DNA of 22,269 nucleotides. It comes from Candidatus Iainarchaeum sp. GTDB taxonomy: Archaea > Iainarchaeota > Iainarchaeia > Iainarchaeales > JAFCCJ01. How positions within the stretch are numbered: position 1 is the first letter of the stretch; each line of letters begins with the position of its first letter. Shown here in pieces: positions 7,940 through 14,954 of the stretch. Both the position numbers and the translations under genes were made by a program. The stretch covers positions 1-22,269 of the forward strand of contig JBDRHK010000054.1 in the NCBI GenBank assembly GCA_043816965.1, in the 5' to 3' direction. A model generated the notes under the pieces. It saw only the letters and a program-made list of their open reading frames with translations, had not been told where the DNA came from and searched no databases.

Positions 7940-8268
7940 AATGTGTTTGCGGAGCCAACATGGAAAAGATAAAAACCGAGATGGACTTCCATGACGGGCA
8001 GGTTATAGTTAGAAACGTTACTGCGTTCTACTGCCCCAAATGCAAAGAGGAGTTATTCGACTCCAAGGAAGGGGACAGGATTTTTGGCCAGGTCTCGAAA
8101 CTTAATCTTGTGCAGCCATTCGAATCAAGGAAAAAAATCACAAAGGTCGGCAACAGCTTTGCCATTCCGGTTTCCAAGGAAATTGCCGACTACATGCAGA
8201 TAAAAAAAGGCGGCGACATAAAGATAAAAGTGCAGAACCAAAAAAGGCTTGTTGTTGATTTGGCATAA
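7936..8268 (+). CDS. YgiT/MqsA-type zinc finger fused to AbrB/MazE DNA-binding domain (putative antitoxin), copy 1
   Basis: MKCVCG...VRNVTAFYCPKCKE; C-terminal RKKITKVGNSFAIPVSKEIA..MQIKKG. Confidence 0.85.
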   Translation: MKCVCGANMEKIKTEMDFHDGQVIVRNVTAFYCPKCKEELFDSKEGDRIFGQVSKLNLVQPFESRKKITKVGNSFAIPVSKEIADYMQIKKGGDIKIKVQNQKRLVVDLA

Positions 8269-8270
8269 TT

Positions 8271-8304
8271 CCTCATCTTTCAGTCAGGATGGGCGGACAG
8301 AGGT
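8271..8304 (+). repeat. Cassette boundary site
   Basis: CCTCATCTTTCAGTCAGGATGGGCGGACAGAGGT, 2 bp after the stop codon. Confidence 0.9.
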
Positions 8305-8347
8305 ACATAAAAACCTTTTTATGTAGTTTATCGCATACTTTTATCAG

Positions 8348-8566
8348 GTGAAAGAGTTGAAATTGTCAGCCATAATTAGTAGGGAAGATGGGGAATATGT
8401 TGCCTTGTGCCCTGAACTGGATGTTGCTTCCCAGGGTGATTCTATAGAGGATGCTCTGGCTAATTTGAAGGAAGCGGTAGAATTGTACTTGGAAGACGAG
8501 AAGGACATAAAACTTTCTGAGGCAAGCCCCTTTGTTACGACTTTTGAAGTGAACGCCAGTGCCTAA
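8348..8566 (+). CDS. hicB: HicB-family antitoxin (short form)
   Basis: EDGEYVALCPELDVASQGDSIEDALANLKEAVELYLE. Confidence 0.92.
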   Translation: MKELKLSAIISREDGEYVALCPELDVASQGDSIEDALANLKEAVELYLEDEKDIKLSEASPFVTTFEVNASA

Positions 8567-8789
8567 GTTTCCGGTTCTCTCAGGCAAGGAAGTAATCAAA
8601 GCACTGGAAAAAGCAGGCTTTAAGTTTGTCAAGCAGAGGGGAAGCCATGTAAAGCTCAGGAATCTTGATTTAGGAGAAAAGAAGACAGTAATTGTCCCGC
8701 TCAAGCCTGTAATCAGGACCGGCACGATGAAATCAATTCTTAGGCAAGCGCACTTAACCTTCGAAGAATTCCAGAAGTTCTTGAAATAA
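8559..8789 (+). CDS. hicA: HicA-family mRNA interferase toxin
   Basis: PVLSGKEVIKALEKAGF..VKQRGSHVKL...VIVP...IRTGTMKSILRQA. Confidence 0.92.
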   Translation: MPKFPVLSGKEVIKALEKAGFKFVKQRGSHVKLRNLDLGEKKTVIVPLKPVIRTGTMKSILRQAHLTFEEFQKFLK

Positions 8790-8822
8790 TGTGGGTAATC
8801 AACAAGTGTTGTGAATGTCCAA

Positions 8823-8855
8823 CTGACCAATGACGATAGATGGGCGGACTGAGGC
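8823..8855 (+). repeat. Boundary site of the sRNA type
   Basis: CTGA-CCA-ATGACGA-TAGATGGGCGGA-CTGA-GGC (D'/C'/12-nt guide/D); lacks the CCTCATCTT arm. Confidence 0.85.
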
Positions 8856-8914
8856 GAAAACTGATTGAATAGATTTAAAATCAATTTAGTAACATTTATT
8901 GTGAGGACTCACAA

Positions 8915-9541
8915 ATGAATTGGAAAGATTCAATGCGACCCTTTCAAATGTTATGGGGAAAGTCTACAGAAACTTTTTTGATTGTATTTATTGGGTTAAT
9001 TACATTCGTTTTTTTAGTTCTTACTCTTTCTTCTTTTTTTGGCCTTATTTTTGACCCCGTTTCAGTTCCAGAAATGCAAGGAACTTCTTCTCAAATGGTG
9101 ATTCAATTATTTTCATTTAAAGCGGGCTTATTTTTATTCATGTTTTTGATTTTACTTCCTTTTTTGTTTATGTTCTTTTTTTCTTGGAAACCCCCTTTTT
9201 TGGAAATTAATGAAAAAGGAATAAAAGTACCAAATTATCTATCGCTTATGATTCCAAACAAAAGGCATTATTTTTTCAGTTGGCAAGACATATCTGAGAT
9301 TAATATATGGCGGCCTTCTGAAAGCCCTACCTCCGGCGATAAATTGGCAATGAAACACAAGACGTCTTTAGCATTTTTTGGGGGGCAAACAGCTGCACTG
9401 GATGTTGACCATGTTAGAATTTGTAAAGGCGATTTTTGTAAAACCCGGCTTATGAAAGATAAAAAAGGTTTCATTAATTCCTGTAAAATGTCTGGGATAG
9501 AATTTAAAGAAGAAAAAAGAAAATTAATTTATAAAAAATAA
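8915..9541 (+). CDS. Membrane protein, two TM helices plus soluble C-terminal domain (possibly bacterial PH-like; cassette 6)
   Basis: Two Phe/Leu-rich helices followed by LEINEKGIKV...FSWQDISEI. Confidence 0.7.
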   Translation: MNWKDSMRPFQMLWGKSTETFLIVFIGLITFVFLVLTLSSFFGLIFDPVSVPEMQGTSSQMVIQLFSFKAGLFLFMFLILLPFLFMFFFSWKPPFLEINEKGIKVPNYLSLMIPNKRHYFFSWQDISEINIWRPSESPTSGDKLAMKHKTSLAFFGGQTAALDVDHVRICKGDFCKTRLMKDKKGFINSCKMSGIEFKEEKRKLIYKK

Positions 9542-9570
9542 TCTTGCAACAATTAATGCCGTAACTAATT

Positions 9571-9604
9571 CCTCATCTTTCGGGCAAGATGGGCGGACTG
9601 AGGC
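9571..9604 (+). repeat. Cassette boundary site
   Basis: CCTCATCTTTCGGGCAAGATGGGCGGACTGAGGC. Confidence 0.95.
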
Positions 9605-9645
9605 AAAAAGGAAAAACTTATATTCTTGTTAAACATTATTTTTTC

Positions 9646-10554
9646 ATGGGAGATTTACTTTGCATTGGGATTCCTGCGAGGAATGAGGAAGAATCCATTG
9701 AGGCTACTATACGGTCTATTGTTGAATCAGATGCATGGAAAGATTCCTCAAAGTCAGGCAGGGAGATGATTGTCTGCGTGAACGACTCAACTGACAGAAC
9801 TGCCGAAATTGTTAGAAATCTCCAAAAAGAAATTCCTGAAATCAAGCTTATCGAAAATAAGGAACCTGGAAAAAACCTGGCTATCAATACCATTATCAAA
9901 AACTCCAGCAGAAAAGCAGATGTTATCTATTTCTCTGATGCAGATGTTGTTGTTGCGAAGGATTCGATAGGCAAAGTTGCAGGAGAAGTAAGACGAGACA
10001 GAAAGATTGATTTCGCTGCGCCAGTTCCTGTTCCTACTTCTGTTTTTACCGAAACCAAAAAAAGGAGACCTGTTGCAGCATTCTATGCCGAAGGTTCAGA
10101 GATAGGTATAAAACATAAAATCTATAGGCTAACTGGCATGGGCTTTGCAGCGAGGAAGAGTGTCTTAGTTAAAAAGCCTCTGCCTGAGCACCCTTATGTA
10201 GGCGATGACAGGTATATCAACCTTGAATATAAAGGCAGAATAAAAGTTCTTTATGATGCCGAAGTATATTTCAGGCCCCCCAGCCTGAAGGACCATATGA
10301 GGCAAAGGATTAGGCATGCAGTTGAAAGGCGAACCCTCTTTAAGATTCGTCCGGATTTGAGGGAACCCTATATTTCTGAGGCTAAAAAGATACGTTCAAG
10401 GGAGATCAGCCATTTTAGGGAACTTAGCCTGAAGGGCAAGTTAGGTTTCCTTCCGATAGCGGCTGCCGAGCCTCTTGAAAAATTAATAGCAAAGTTCAAG
10501 AGAGCTGGGACCTGGTCAAAGATACAAAGCACAAAAGCAAGAAGGAAAGTTTGA
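9646..10554 (+). CDS. Glycosyltransferase family 2 (cassette 7)
   Basis: IGIPARNEE, VNDSTDRT, GKNLAIN, FSDAD (DxD), GDD, RQRIRH. Start moved from 9589 (an ATG inside the repeat) to ATG 9646, downstream of a TATA at about 9618. Confidence 0.9.
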   Translation: MGDLLCIGIPARNEEESIEATIRSIVESDAWKDSSKSGREMIVCVNDSTDRTAEIVRNLQKEIPEIKLIENKEPGKNLAINTIIKNSSRKADVIYFSDADVVVAKDSIGKVAGEVRRDRKIDFAAPVPVPTSVFTETKKRRPVAAFYAEGSEIGIKHKIYRLTGMGFAARKSVLVKKPLPEHPYVGDDRYINLEYKGRIKVLYDAEVYFRPPSLKDHMRQRIRHAVERRTLFKIRPDLREPYISEAKKIRSREISHFRELSLKGKLGFLPIAAAEPLEKLIAKFKRAGTWSKIQSTKARRKV

Positions 10555-10637
10555 ACTATGTCCTGAGTTCAATAATATTGTTTACAATAATGGCATTCTA
10601 TCCCTATACTTTATCTCTCAACCAGCTGTAACTAACT

Positions 10638-10671
10638 CCTCATCTTTCGGCTAAGATGGGCGGACTGAGGC
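10638..10671 (+). repeat. Cassette boundary site
   Basis: Identical to 5764-5797, including upstream GTAACTAACT. Confidence 0.95.
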
Positions 10672-10722
10672 GACGAGTTATATTTAAATATAACATTGTA
10701 CATACATTATTAGTGATGCGAA

Positions 10723-10992
10723 TTGAATTCCCTGAAAGGCCGTTTCCTGTGGACCAGGCATGCGCTGAGAGAGGCAGTCGAGGATTCTTTGAAGCCAAGT
10801 GATGTGGAAAAGTCACTGTCCAAATGCATGGTGATGGAAAGCGGGCTTGGCAAGGAGAAGGCAGTCTGCAAAGTAGAAAACATTTATTGCACAGTAATAT
10901 TCGCAAGGGTGAAATTTGGGATTAAAATCATAACCTGCTGGGGAAGCAGCAATTGGGAAATAAATGCTTATGATGAGGAGGTGAAAGGATGA
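10723..10992 (+). CDS. DUF4258-like putative toxin, copy 2
   Basis: 7 aa differences from 7670-7939 by manual comparison. Confidence 0.75.
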   Translation: MNSLKGRFLWTRHALREAVEDSLKPSDVEKSLSKCMVMESGLGKEKAVCKVENIYCTVIFARVKFGIKIITCWGSSNWEINAYDEEVKG

Positions 10993-11321
10993 AATGTGTT
11001 TGTGGAGCCAACATGGAAAAAATAAAAACTGAGATGGACTTCCATGACGGGCAGGTCATAGTTAGAAACGTTACTGCGTTCTACTGCCCAAAATGCAAAG
11101 AGGAGTTATTTGACTCCAAGGAAGGGGACAGGATTTTTGGCCAGGTCTCGAAACTTAATATTGCACAATCGTTTGAATCCCGGAAGAAAATAACAAAGGT
11201 CGGCAACAGCTTTGCAATTCCGGTGTCCAAAGAAATTGCGGACTATATGCAGATAAAAAAGGGCGAAGACATAAAGATAAAAGTGCAAAACCAAAAAAGG
11301 CTTATTGTTGATTTGGCATAA
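10989..11321 (+). CDS. YgiT zinc finger-AbrB putative antitoxin, copy 2
   Basis: 5 aa differences from 7936-8268 by manual comparison. Confidence 0.85.
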   Translation: MKCVCGANMEKIKTEMDFHDGQVIVRNVTAFYCPKCKEELFDSKEGDRIFGQVSKLNIAQSFESRKKITKVGNSFAIPVSKEIADYMQIKKGEDIKIKVQNQKRLIVDLA

Positions 11322-11323
11322 CC

Positions 11324-11357
11324 CCTCATCTTTCAAGCAGGATGGGCGGGCTGAGGC
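11324..11357 (+). repeat. Cassette boundary site
   Basis: CCTCATCTTTCAAGCAGGATGGGCGGGCTGAGGC, 2 bp after the stop codon. Confidence 0.92.
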
Positions 11358-11439
11358 TATAAAAGACTTAAAATTAACGAAATATTAATATTTAGTCAGT
11401 TATAGGTATATTTATTAAGTTTTTGGCGCGGTTTATAGT

Positions 11440-12666
11440 ATGGTTTCACGTTTGGATGTTTTTTTGGTTGCGGGGCTCTATCCTGAAATTTCATGCGCAG
11501 ATATAGTCAGGAAAATAGGTAAGAAACAAACATCCTATAATGCCGCATATAACCTTCTCATGAGCCTGAAAAATGAAGGCCTGGTTACAGAGTCAAAAGA
11601 ACGGTTCAGCGTGTCAGAAACAAAGAAAGCCAGCATTCTCCTCAAATTGGTTTACTTCTGCTTTAAGAATGGCATTGACTACAACAAGATTATTACAGAA
11701 AAAGCAGCCGAATTCGTGAAACTTGGTCTTGGGGAAGGCAAAATAACAGGTTTGCCATTTGACACAAAAACAGTCAAGAGAATTGTCCGTCATCTTTCAA
11801 AAAATGGCCTTGCTATTGTAGAGTCAAAAAGACCGTTTTTGTGCAGAATTGTCCCATCACAGTTTACTGAATTGCTCGCGGAATATTTTTTCGGGAAAAT
11901 CAAGGTCAAATGCCCGTTACTCGTTGATTGCCTTGACGAAGGCTCTGTTGACTCCAAGCTTCAAAAACACTTTTCGGAATTCAAGGGAATTGAAAAACAA
12001 AAATTTGATTTTGACGAAATAGGATTCATTTACGTGAGTCTTTCACTCGAAGGAAATACCCTGACTTTATCAGAAACCGAAAGAATGATTAGGCAAAATA
12101 TAGCTCCTGCCTCAAAACCAGCGAAAGACGCGCAACAGGTTCTTGATTACAAAAAGGCTCTTGACGGCTTCATTTTTTCCAAAAGCGCAATAACTGAAGA
12201 CTCTATTCTTGACTTCCACAGGACTGCGATGAATTCATTGGCAGCTGGTGCTGGGCAATTTAGGATAGATAATGTGAGGATAAAAGACAACCCGAATTTT
12301 AAAACCCCGGAATGGCGGGAACTTCCCGGCTTGTTAAGGACTTTTTTCGAGAATATTAAAACCCAAAAAAAGGAAAAAACCACGGCTGTCGGGATAGTTG
12401 AAGAGGCTGCTTTTTTGCACAATGAATTTCAGCGCATGCACCCATTCATTGACGGCAACAGTAGGACATCAAGAGCAATATTCCTAAAAGTGCTGACCCA
12501 AAACAATTTTCCCCTGATAAAAATACCTGTGGGTTTTTCCGACCAATACATGCTGCTCACAAAACTAAGCGAAAAAAGAGACGACAAAAAGTTCGCCTTG
12601 CTGATGAAACAGATTGCCCTTGAAAACCTGAAACACTTGGCAAAAAAAATCGAGCATGAATTCTGA
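11440..12666 (+). CDS. Fic-family protein with N-terminal wHTH region (cassette 9)
   Basis: Fic motif HPFIDGNSRTSR; autoinhibitory SLSLEGN motif; GQFR; N-terminal helix-turn-helix-like region. Confidence 0.9.
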   Translation: MVSRLDVFLVAGLYPEISCADIVRKIGKKQTSYNAAYNLLMSLKNEGLVTESKERFSVSETKKASILLKLVYFCFKNGIDYNKIITEKAAEFVKLGLGEGKITGLPFDTKTVKRIVRHLSKNGLAIVESKRPFLCRIVPSQFTELLAEYFFGKIKVKCPLLVDCLDEGSVDSKLQKHFSEFKGIEKQKFDFDEIGFIYVSLSLEGNTLTLSETERMIRQNIAPASKPAKDAQQVLDYKKALDGFIFSKSAITEDSILDFHRTAMNSLAAGAGQFRIDNVRIKDNPNFKTPEWRELPGLLRTFFENIKTQKKEKTTAVGIVEEAAFLHNEFQRMHPFIDGNSRTSRAIFLKVLTQNNFPLIKIPVGFSDQYMLLTKLSEKRDDKKFALLMKQIALENLKHLAKKIEHEF

Positions 12667-12680
12667 CACGCGAAATATTT

Positions 12681-12714
12681 CTTTACCTTTCGGGCAAGAT
12701 GGGCGGACTGAGGC
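12681..12714 (+). repeat. Cassette boundary site (left arm degenerate)
   Basis: CTTTACCTTTCGGGCAAGATGGGCGGACTGAGGC. Confidence 0.92.
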
Positions 12715-12772
12715 TATTGTTTACTTATTGTAAACATTATGTTTATAAATAGTTAACATAACAATACTAACT

Positions 12773-13327
12773 ATGAACAGAATACCCAAGCTTTTAACCC
12801 CTTTCAACCTAAAGATTTTTGAGCTGCTTATTGATGAAAACATCTCTGTTAGGGATTTGGCAAAAAAAATCAAATGTTCCCCGGCCAAAATAACGCAGTT
12901 CATTAAATTATTCAAAAAAGACAATTTAATTAAAACCAGCAAAGAAAAGAACAGGAAGATTCTAATTTTAAATAAAGAAAACCCGGTAATAAGGGAGATT
13001 ATCTCCCTGTTGTTTATTGATAAAATTGTCACGTCAAAAACTTTTTCCGGGCTGAAAAAGAATGCAAAATCAATCGGCGTCTATGGGAGTGTTGTTGAAG
13101 GCAGTTTAGACAAGAAAAGCGATATCGACCTTTGGGTTCTGTCCGACATAAAAATTCCCCTGGTTGATGCAGGCAATTTAAGGATAAAGATGAGTGAGGA
13201 ACTCGGGAGAGAGGTAAGTATAAAATTTTTCACGCCCAAAGACATCAATAACCTTAAAAAAAAGGATGGAATATTTTACAACGAGCTTGAATATAAATCA
13301 AAAATAATATGTGGTGAAGGATTTTGA
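12773..13327 (+). CDS. HTH-MNT antitoxin, copy 2
   Basis: 12 aa differences from 5856-6410 by manual comparison; GSx10DxD intact. Confidence 0.9.
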   Translation: MNRIPKLLTPFNLKIFELLIDENISVRDLAKKIKCSPAKITQFIKLFKKDNLIKTSKEKNRKILILNKENPVIREIISLLFIDKIVTSKTFSGLKKNAKSIGVYGSVVEGSLDKKSDIDLWVLSDIKIPLVDAGNLRIKMSEELGREVSIKFFTPKDINNLKKKDGIFYNELEYKSKIICGEGF

Positions 13328-13764
13328 AAAAGAGCAAGATTGACGAATGCTTTGAACAAGGTTTGCTAAAAAGGATAAAACCTAATATGAAGTATGCGGA
13401 GCAAAGTATCAAACAGGCAGAACATTTCCTGGATGAAGCACAGGAGTTAATAGAAAGGGAAATCAGGGATATGGCATTCATTGCCCTGTATAGTGCATCC
13501 TTTCACGCCGCAAGGGCATTGCTTTTTAGGGACGGAATAAAAGAAAGGAGCCATTACTGCGTTAGTAAATACCTTGAAGAGAAATATACGGGGAAAGAAC
13601 TTATCAGCATGAGGCAGGCAATTATTCTGGATTCATTAAGGGACAAAAGGAATTCAATACAATATTCCCTCGAAAGAACAGAAATGGAAGAAGACCTGAA
13701 TGAAATTTACAATGAAATTGAAGGCTTTCTTGAAAAAGTAAAAGAGATTCTTAAAAAGAATTAA
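13324..13764 (+). CDS. HEPN-domain protein, copy 2
   Basis: 8 aa differences from 6407-6847 by manual comparison. Confidence 0.9.
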   Translation: MKKSKIDECFEQGLLKRIKPNMKYAEQSIKQAEHFLDEAQELIEREIRDMAFIALYSASFHAARALLFRDGIKERSHYCVSKYLEEKYTGKELISMRQAIILDSLRDKRNSIQYSLERTEMEEDLNEIYNEIEGFLEKVKEILKKN

Positions 13765-13766
13765 CC

Positions 13767-13800
13767 CATCACCTATCGGCTAAGATGGGCGGACTGAGGC
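13767..13800 (+). repeat. Cassette boundary site (left arm degenerate)
   Basis: CATCACCTATCGGCTAAGATGGGCGGACTGAGGC, 2 bp after the stop codon. Confidence 0.92.
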
Positions 13801-13828
13801 GCTGGAATTTTTTGAGTTTGAATAAAGG

Positions 13829-13859
13829 ATATATTTAAATATATAGCCGGCTATATATT
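13829..13859 (+). promoter_or_regulatory. TATA box with overlapping palindromic operators
   Basis: ATATATTTAAATATAT (13829-13844) and perfect 22-bp AATATATAGCCGGCTATATATT (13838-13859), just before the RHH ATG. Confidence 0.65.
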
Positions 13860-13863
13860 ATTC

Positions 13864-14079
13864 ATGGCTACTTTAAGTGCAGATGTTACCTCTCAAATGG
13901 TCAGATGGATTGACGAAAAAGTCACTGCCGGCTTTTATAAAAGCAGGAGCGAGGTAATTAGAGAATTGCTTAGGGAGAAGATAACCGGGGAAAATTATTC
14001 CAAGGCCGCCCTGTCTGAAAAAGTCTTAAGAAAGATTTGGGATAATGAGAATGATGAAGTTTGGTCTTCTTATTTGTGA
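13864..14079 (+). CDS. Ribbon-helix-helix antitoxin (CopG/ParD-like)
   Basis: WIDEKVTAGFYKSRSEVIRELLRE; acidic/aromatic tail IWDNENDEVW; directly upstream of a PemK toxin. Confidence 0.85.
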   Translation: MATLSADVTSQMVRWIDEKVTAGFYKSRSEVIRELLREKITGENYSKAALSEKVLRKIWDNENDEVWSSYL

Positions 14080-14082
14080 TTT

Positions 14083-14412
14083 GTGATGAAGCAATTGAGT
14101 GTTGTTTTAGCCAGATTTCCATTCACTAACCAGATTGATTACAAGATAAGGCCTGCCCTGATAGTTTCAAATGACAAGTTTAACAAGGCACATAATTTCT
14201 GCTGGGTCTGCCCAATAACTTCCAAAACCACTTTAAAAGAATTTGAAGTTGAAATTCCTGCAAGTGAATTCAGTGGCGAACTGAAAACCAGGAGTTATGT
14301 CCGCGTTGATACAATTGCCTCAATGGAGAAAAGCCTGTTTCTCAAGGAAATAGGCAAAATTAGTTTCGAGTTATTTAAAAGGCTGAAAAAACAAGTGATA
14401 CTGAATTTGTGA
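14083..14412 (+). CDS. mazF: PemK/MazF-family endoribonuclease toxin
   Basis: VLARFPFTNQIDYKIRPALIVSND...VCPITS...SYVRVDTI...KEIGKI; the start may be ATG 14086. Confidence 0.9.
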   Translation: MMKQLSVVLARFPFTNQIDYKIRPALIVSNDKFNKAHNFCWVCPITSKTTLKEFEVEIPASEFSGELKTRSYVRVDTIASMEKSLFLKEIGKISFELFKRLKKQVILNL

Positions 14413-14434
14413 ATTAAAAAAAGGCGAATTAGCC

Positions 14435-14468
14435 CCTCATCTTTCAAGCAGGATGGGCGGACTGAGGC
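14435..14468 (+). repeat. Terminal cassette boundary site
   Basis: CCTCATCTTTCAAGCAGGATGGGCGGACTGAGGC; last base overlaps the stop of the convergent gene. Confidence 0.95.
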
Positions 14469-14860
14469 TATTTGAATATTAATGAAAACAGGTTCAGCCA
14501 GTCGGCAATCAGGAAGATTATTATTGAGAGTATGATAATTTTCAGTAAATTTATGCCGTGCTTTTTTTCCTCTTCCTTTTTGGATTCGCCCTCGCCAGAT
14601 TCTTTTTCTTCCTGTTCCGCTTCATCAGCCTCTTCGCGCTGGAAGGATTCAACCATCTCCTGCAGGGCATCAATTTCCTTTTCCAAATCCCATCTAACGG
14701 CTTTTAATATGACAACAGTAAGGGCGAAAGAATAAAGGTAGGAAAACAGGTTGCTAACAACAATCTGGTCGACAAGGGAAACCATCAATACCATTATTAC
14801 GGCAAAACTGAGAATTTCCCCTGGAGTGTTTAACTCCAAAACTTGCCTGAATTTGCCCAT
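14468..14860 (-). CDS. Hypothetical membrane protein (3 TM, acidic loop)
   Basis: Hydrophobic helices flanking an E/K-rich loop; TTTAATATA about 25 nt upstream. Confidence 0.7.
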   Translation of the reverse strand: MGKFRQVLELNTPGEILSFAVIMVLMVSLVDQIVVSNLFSYLYSFALTVVILKAVRWDLEKEIDALQEMVESFQREEADEAEQEEKESGEGESKKEEEKKHGINLLKIIILSIIIFLIADWLNLFSLIFK

Positions 14861-14954
14861 AGAAACAAGTTATCCCGAAGAGATATATTAAATTAACGAT
14901 TTGGCATAAAACTCACCAAAAGCTTTTTACATTCTTTTCCCCCAAATTAATACT

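Larger units (their letters stand above)
4878..14468 (+). mobile_element. Integron-like gene cassette array (11 cassettes) delimited by non-attC direct repeats
   Basis: Sites at 4878-4928, 5764, 6850 (decayed), 7587, 8271, 8823, 9571, 10638, 11324, 12681, 13767, 14435. One gene or one TA pair per interval; duplicated cassettes are bounded by the sites. No integrase in the window. Confidence 0.8.

Noticed and set aside
9589..9645. N-terminal extension MGGLRQ... of the GT2 ORF
   Set aside because: The ATG lies inside the repeat core and upstream of the cassette's TATA box; 9646 is the likely start.
5804..13481. Antisense ORFs repeated in both cassette copies (5804-6115/12721-13032, 6337-6570/13254-13481, 7500-7853/10640-10906)
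   Set aside because: They are shadows of the duplicated sense genes with no recognisable domains.
4775..14468. CRISPR array
   Set aside because: Repeat length is CRISPR-like, but the intervals are 0.1-1.35 kb and contain whole genes; no cas genes in the window.
5764..14468. Canonical integron attC sites
   Set aside because: TAAC often precedes the site, but there is no matching GTTRRRY, the sites are too short, and no intI is visible.
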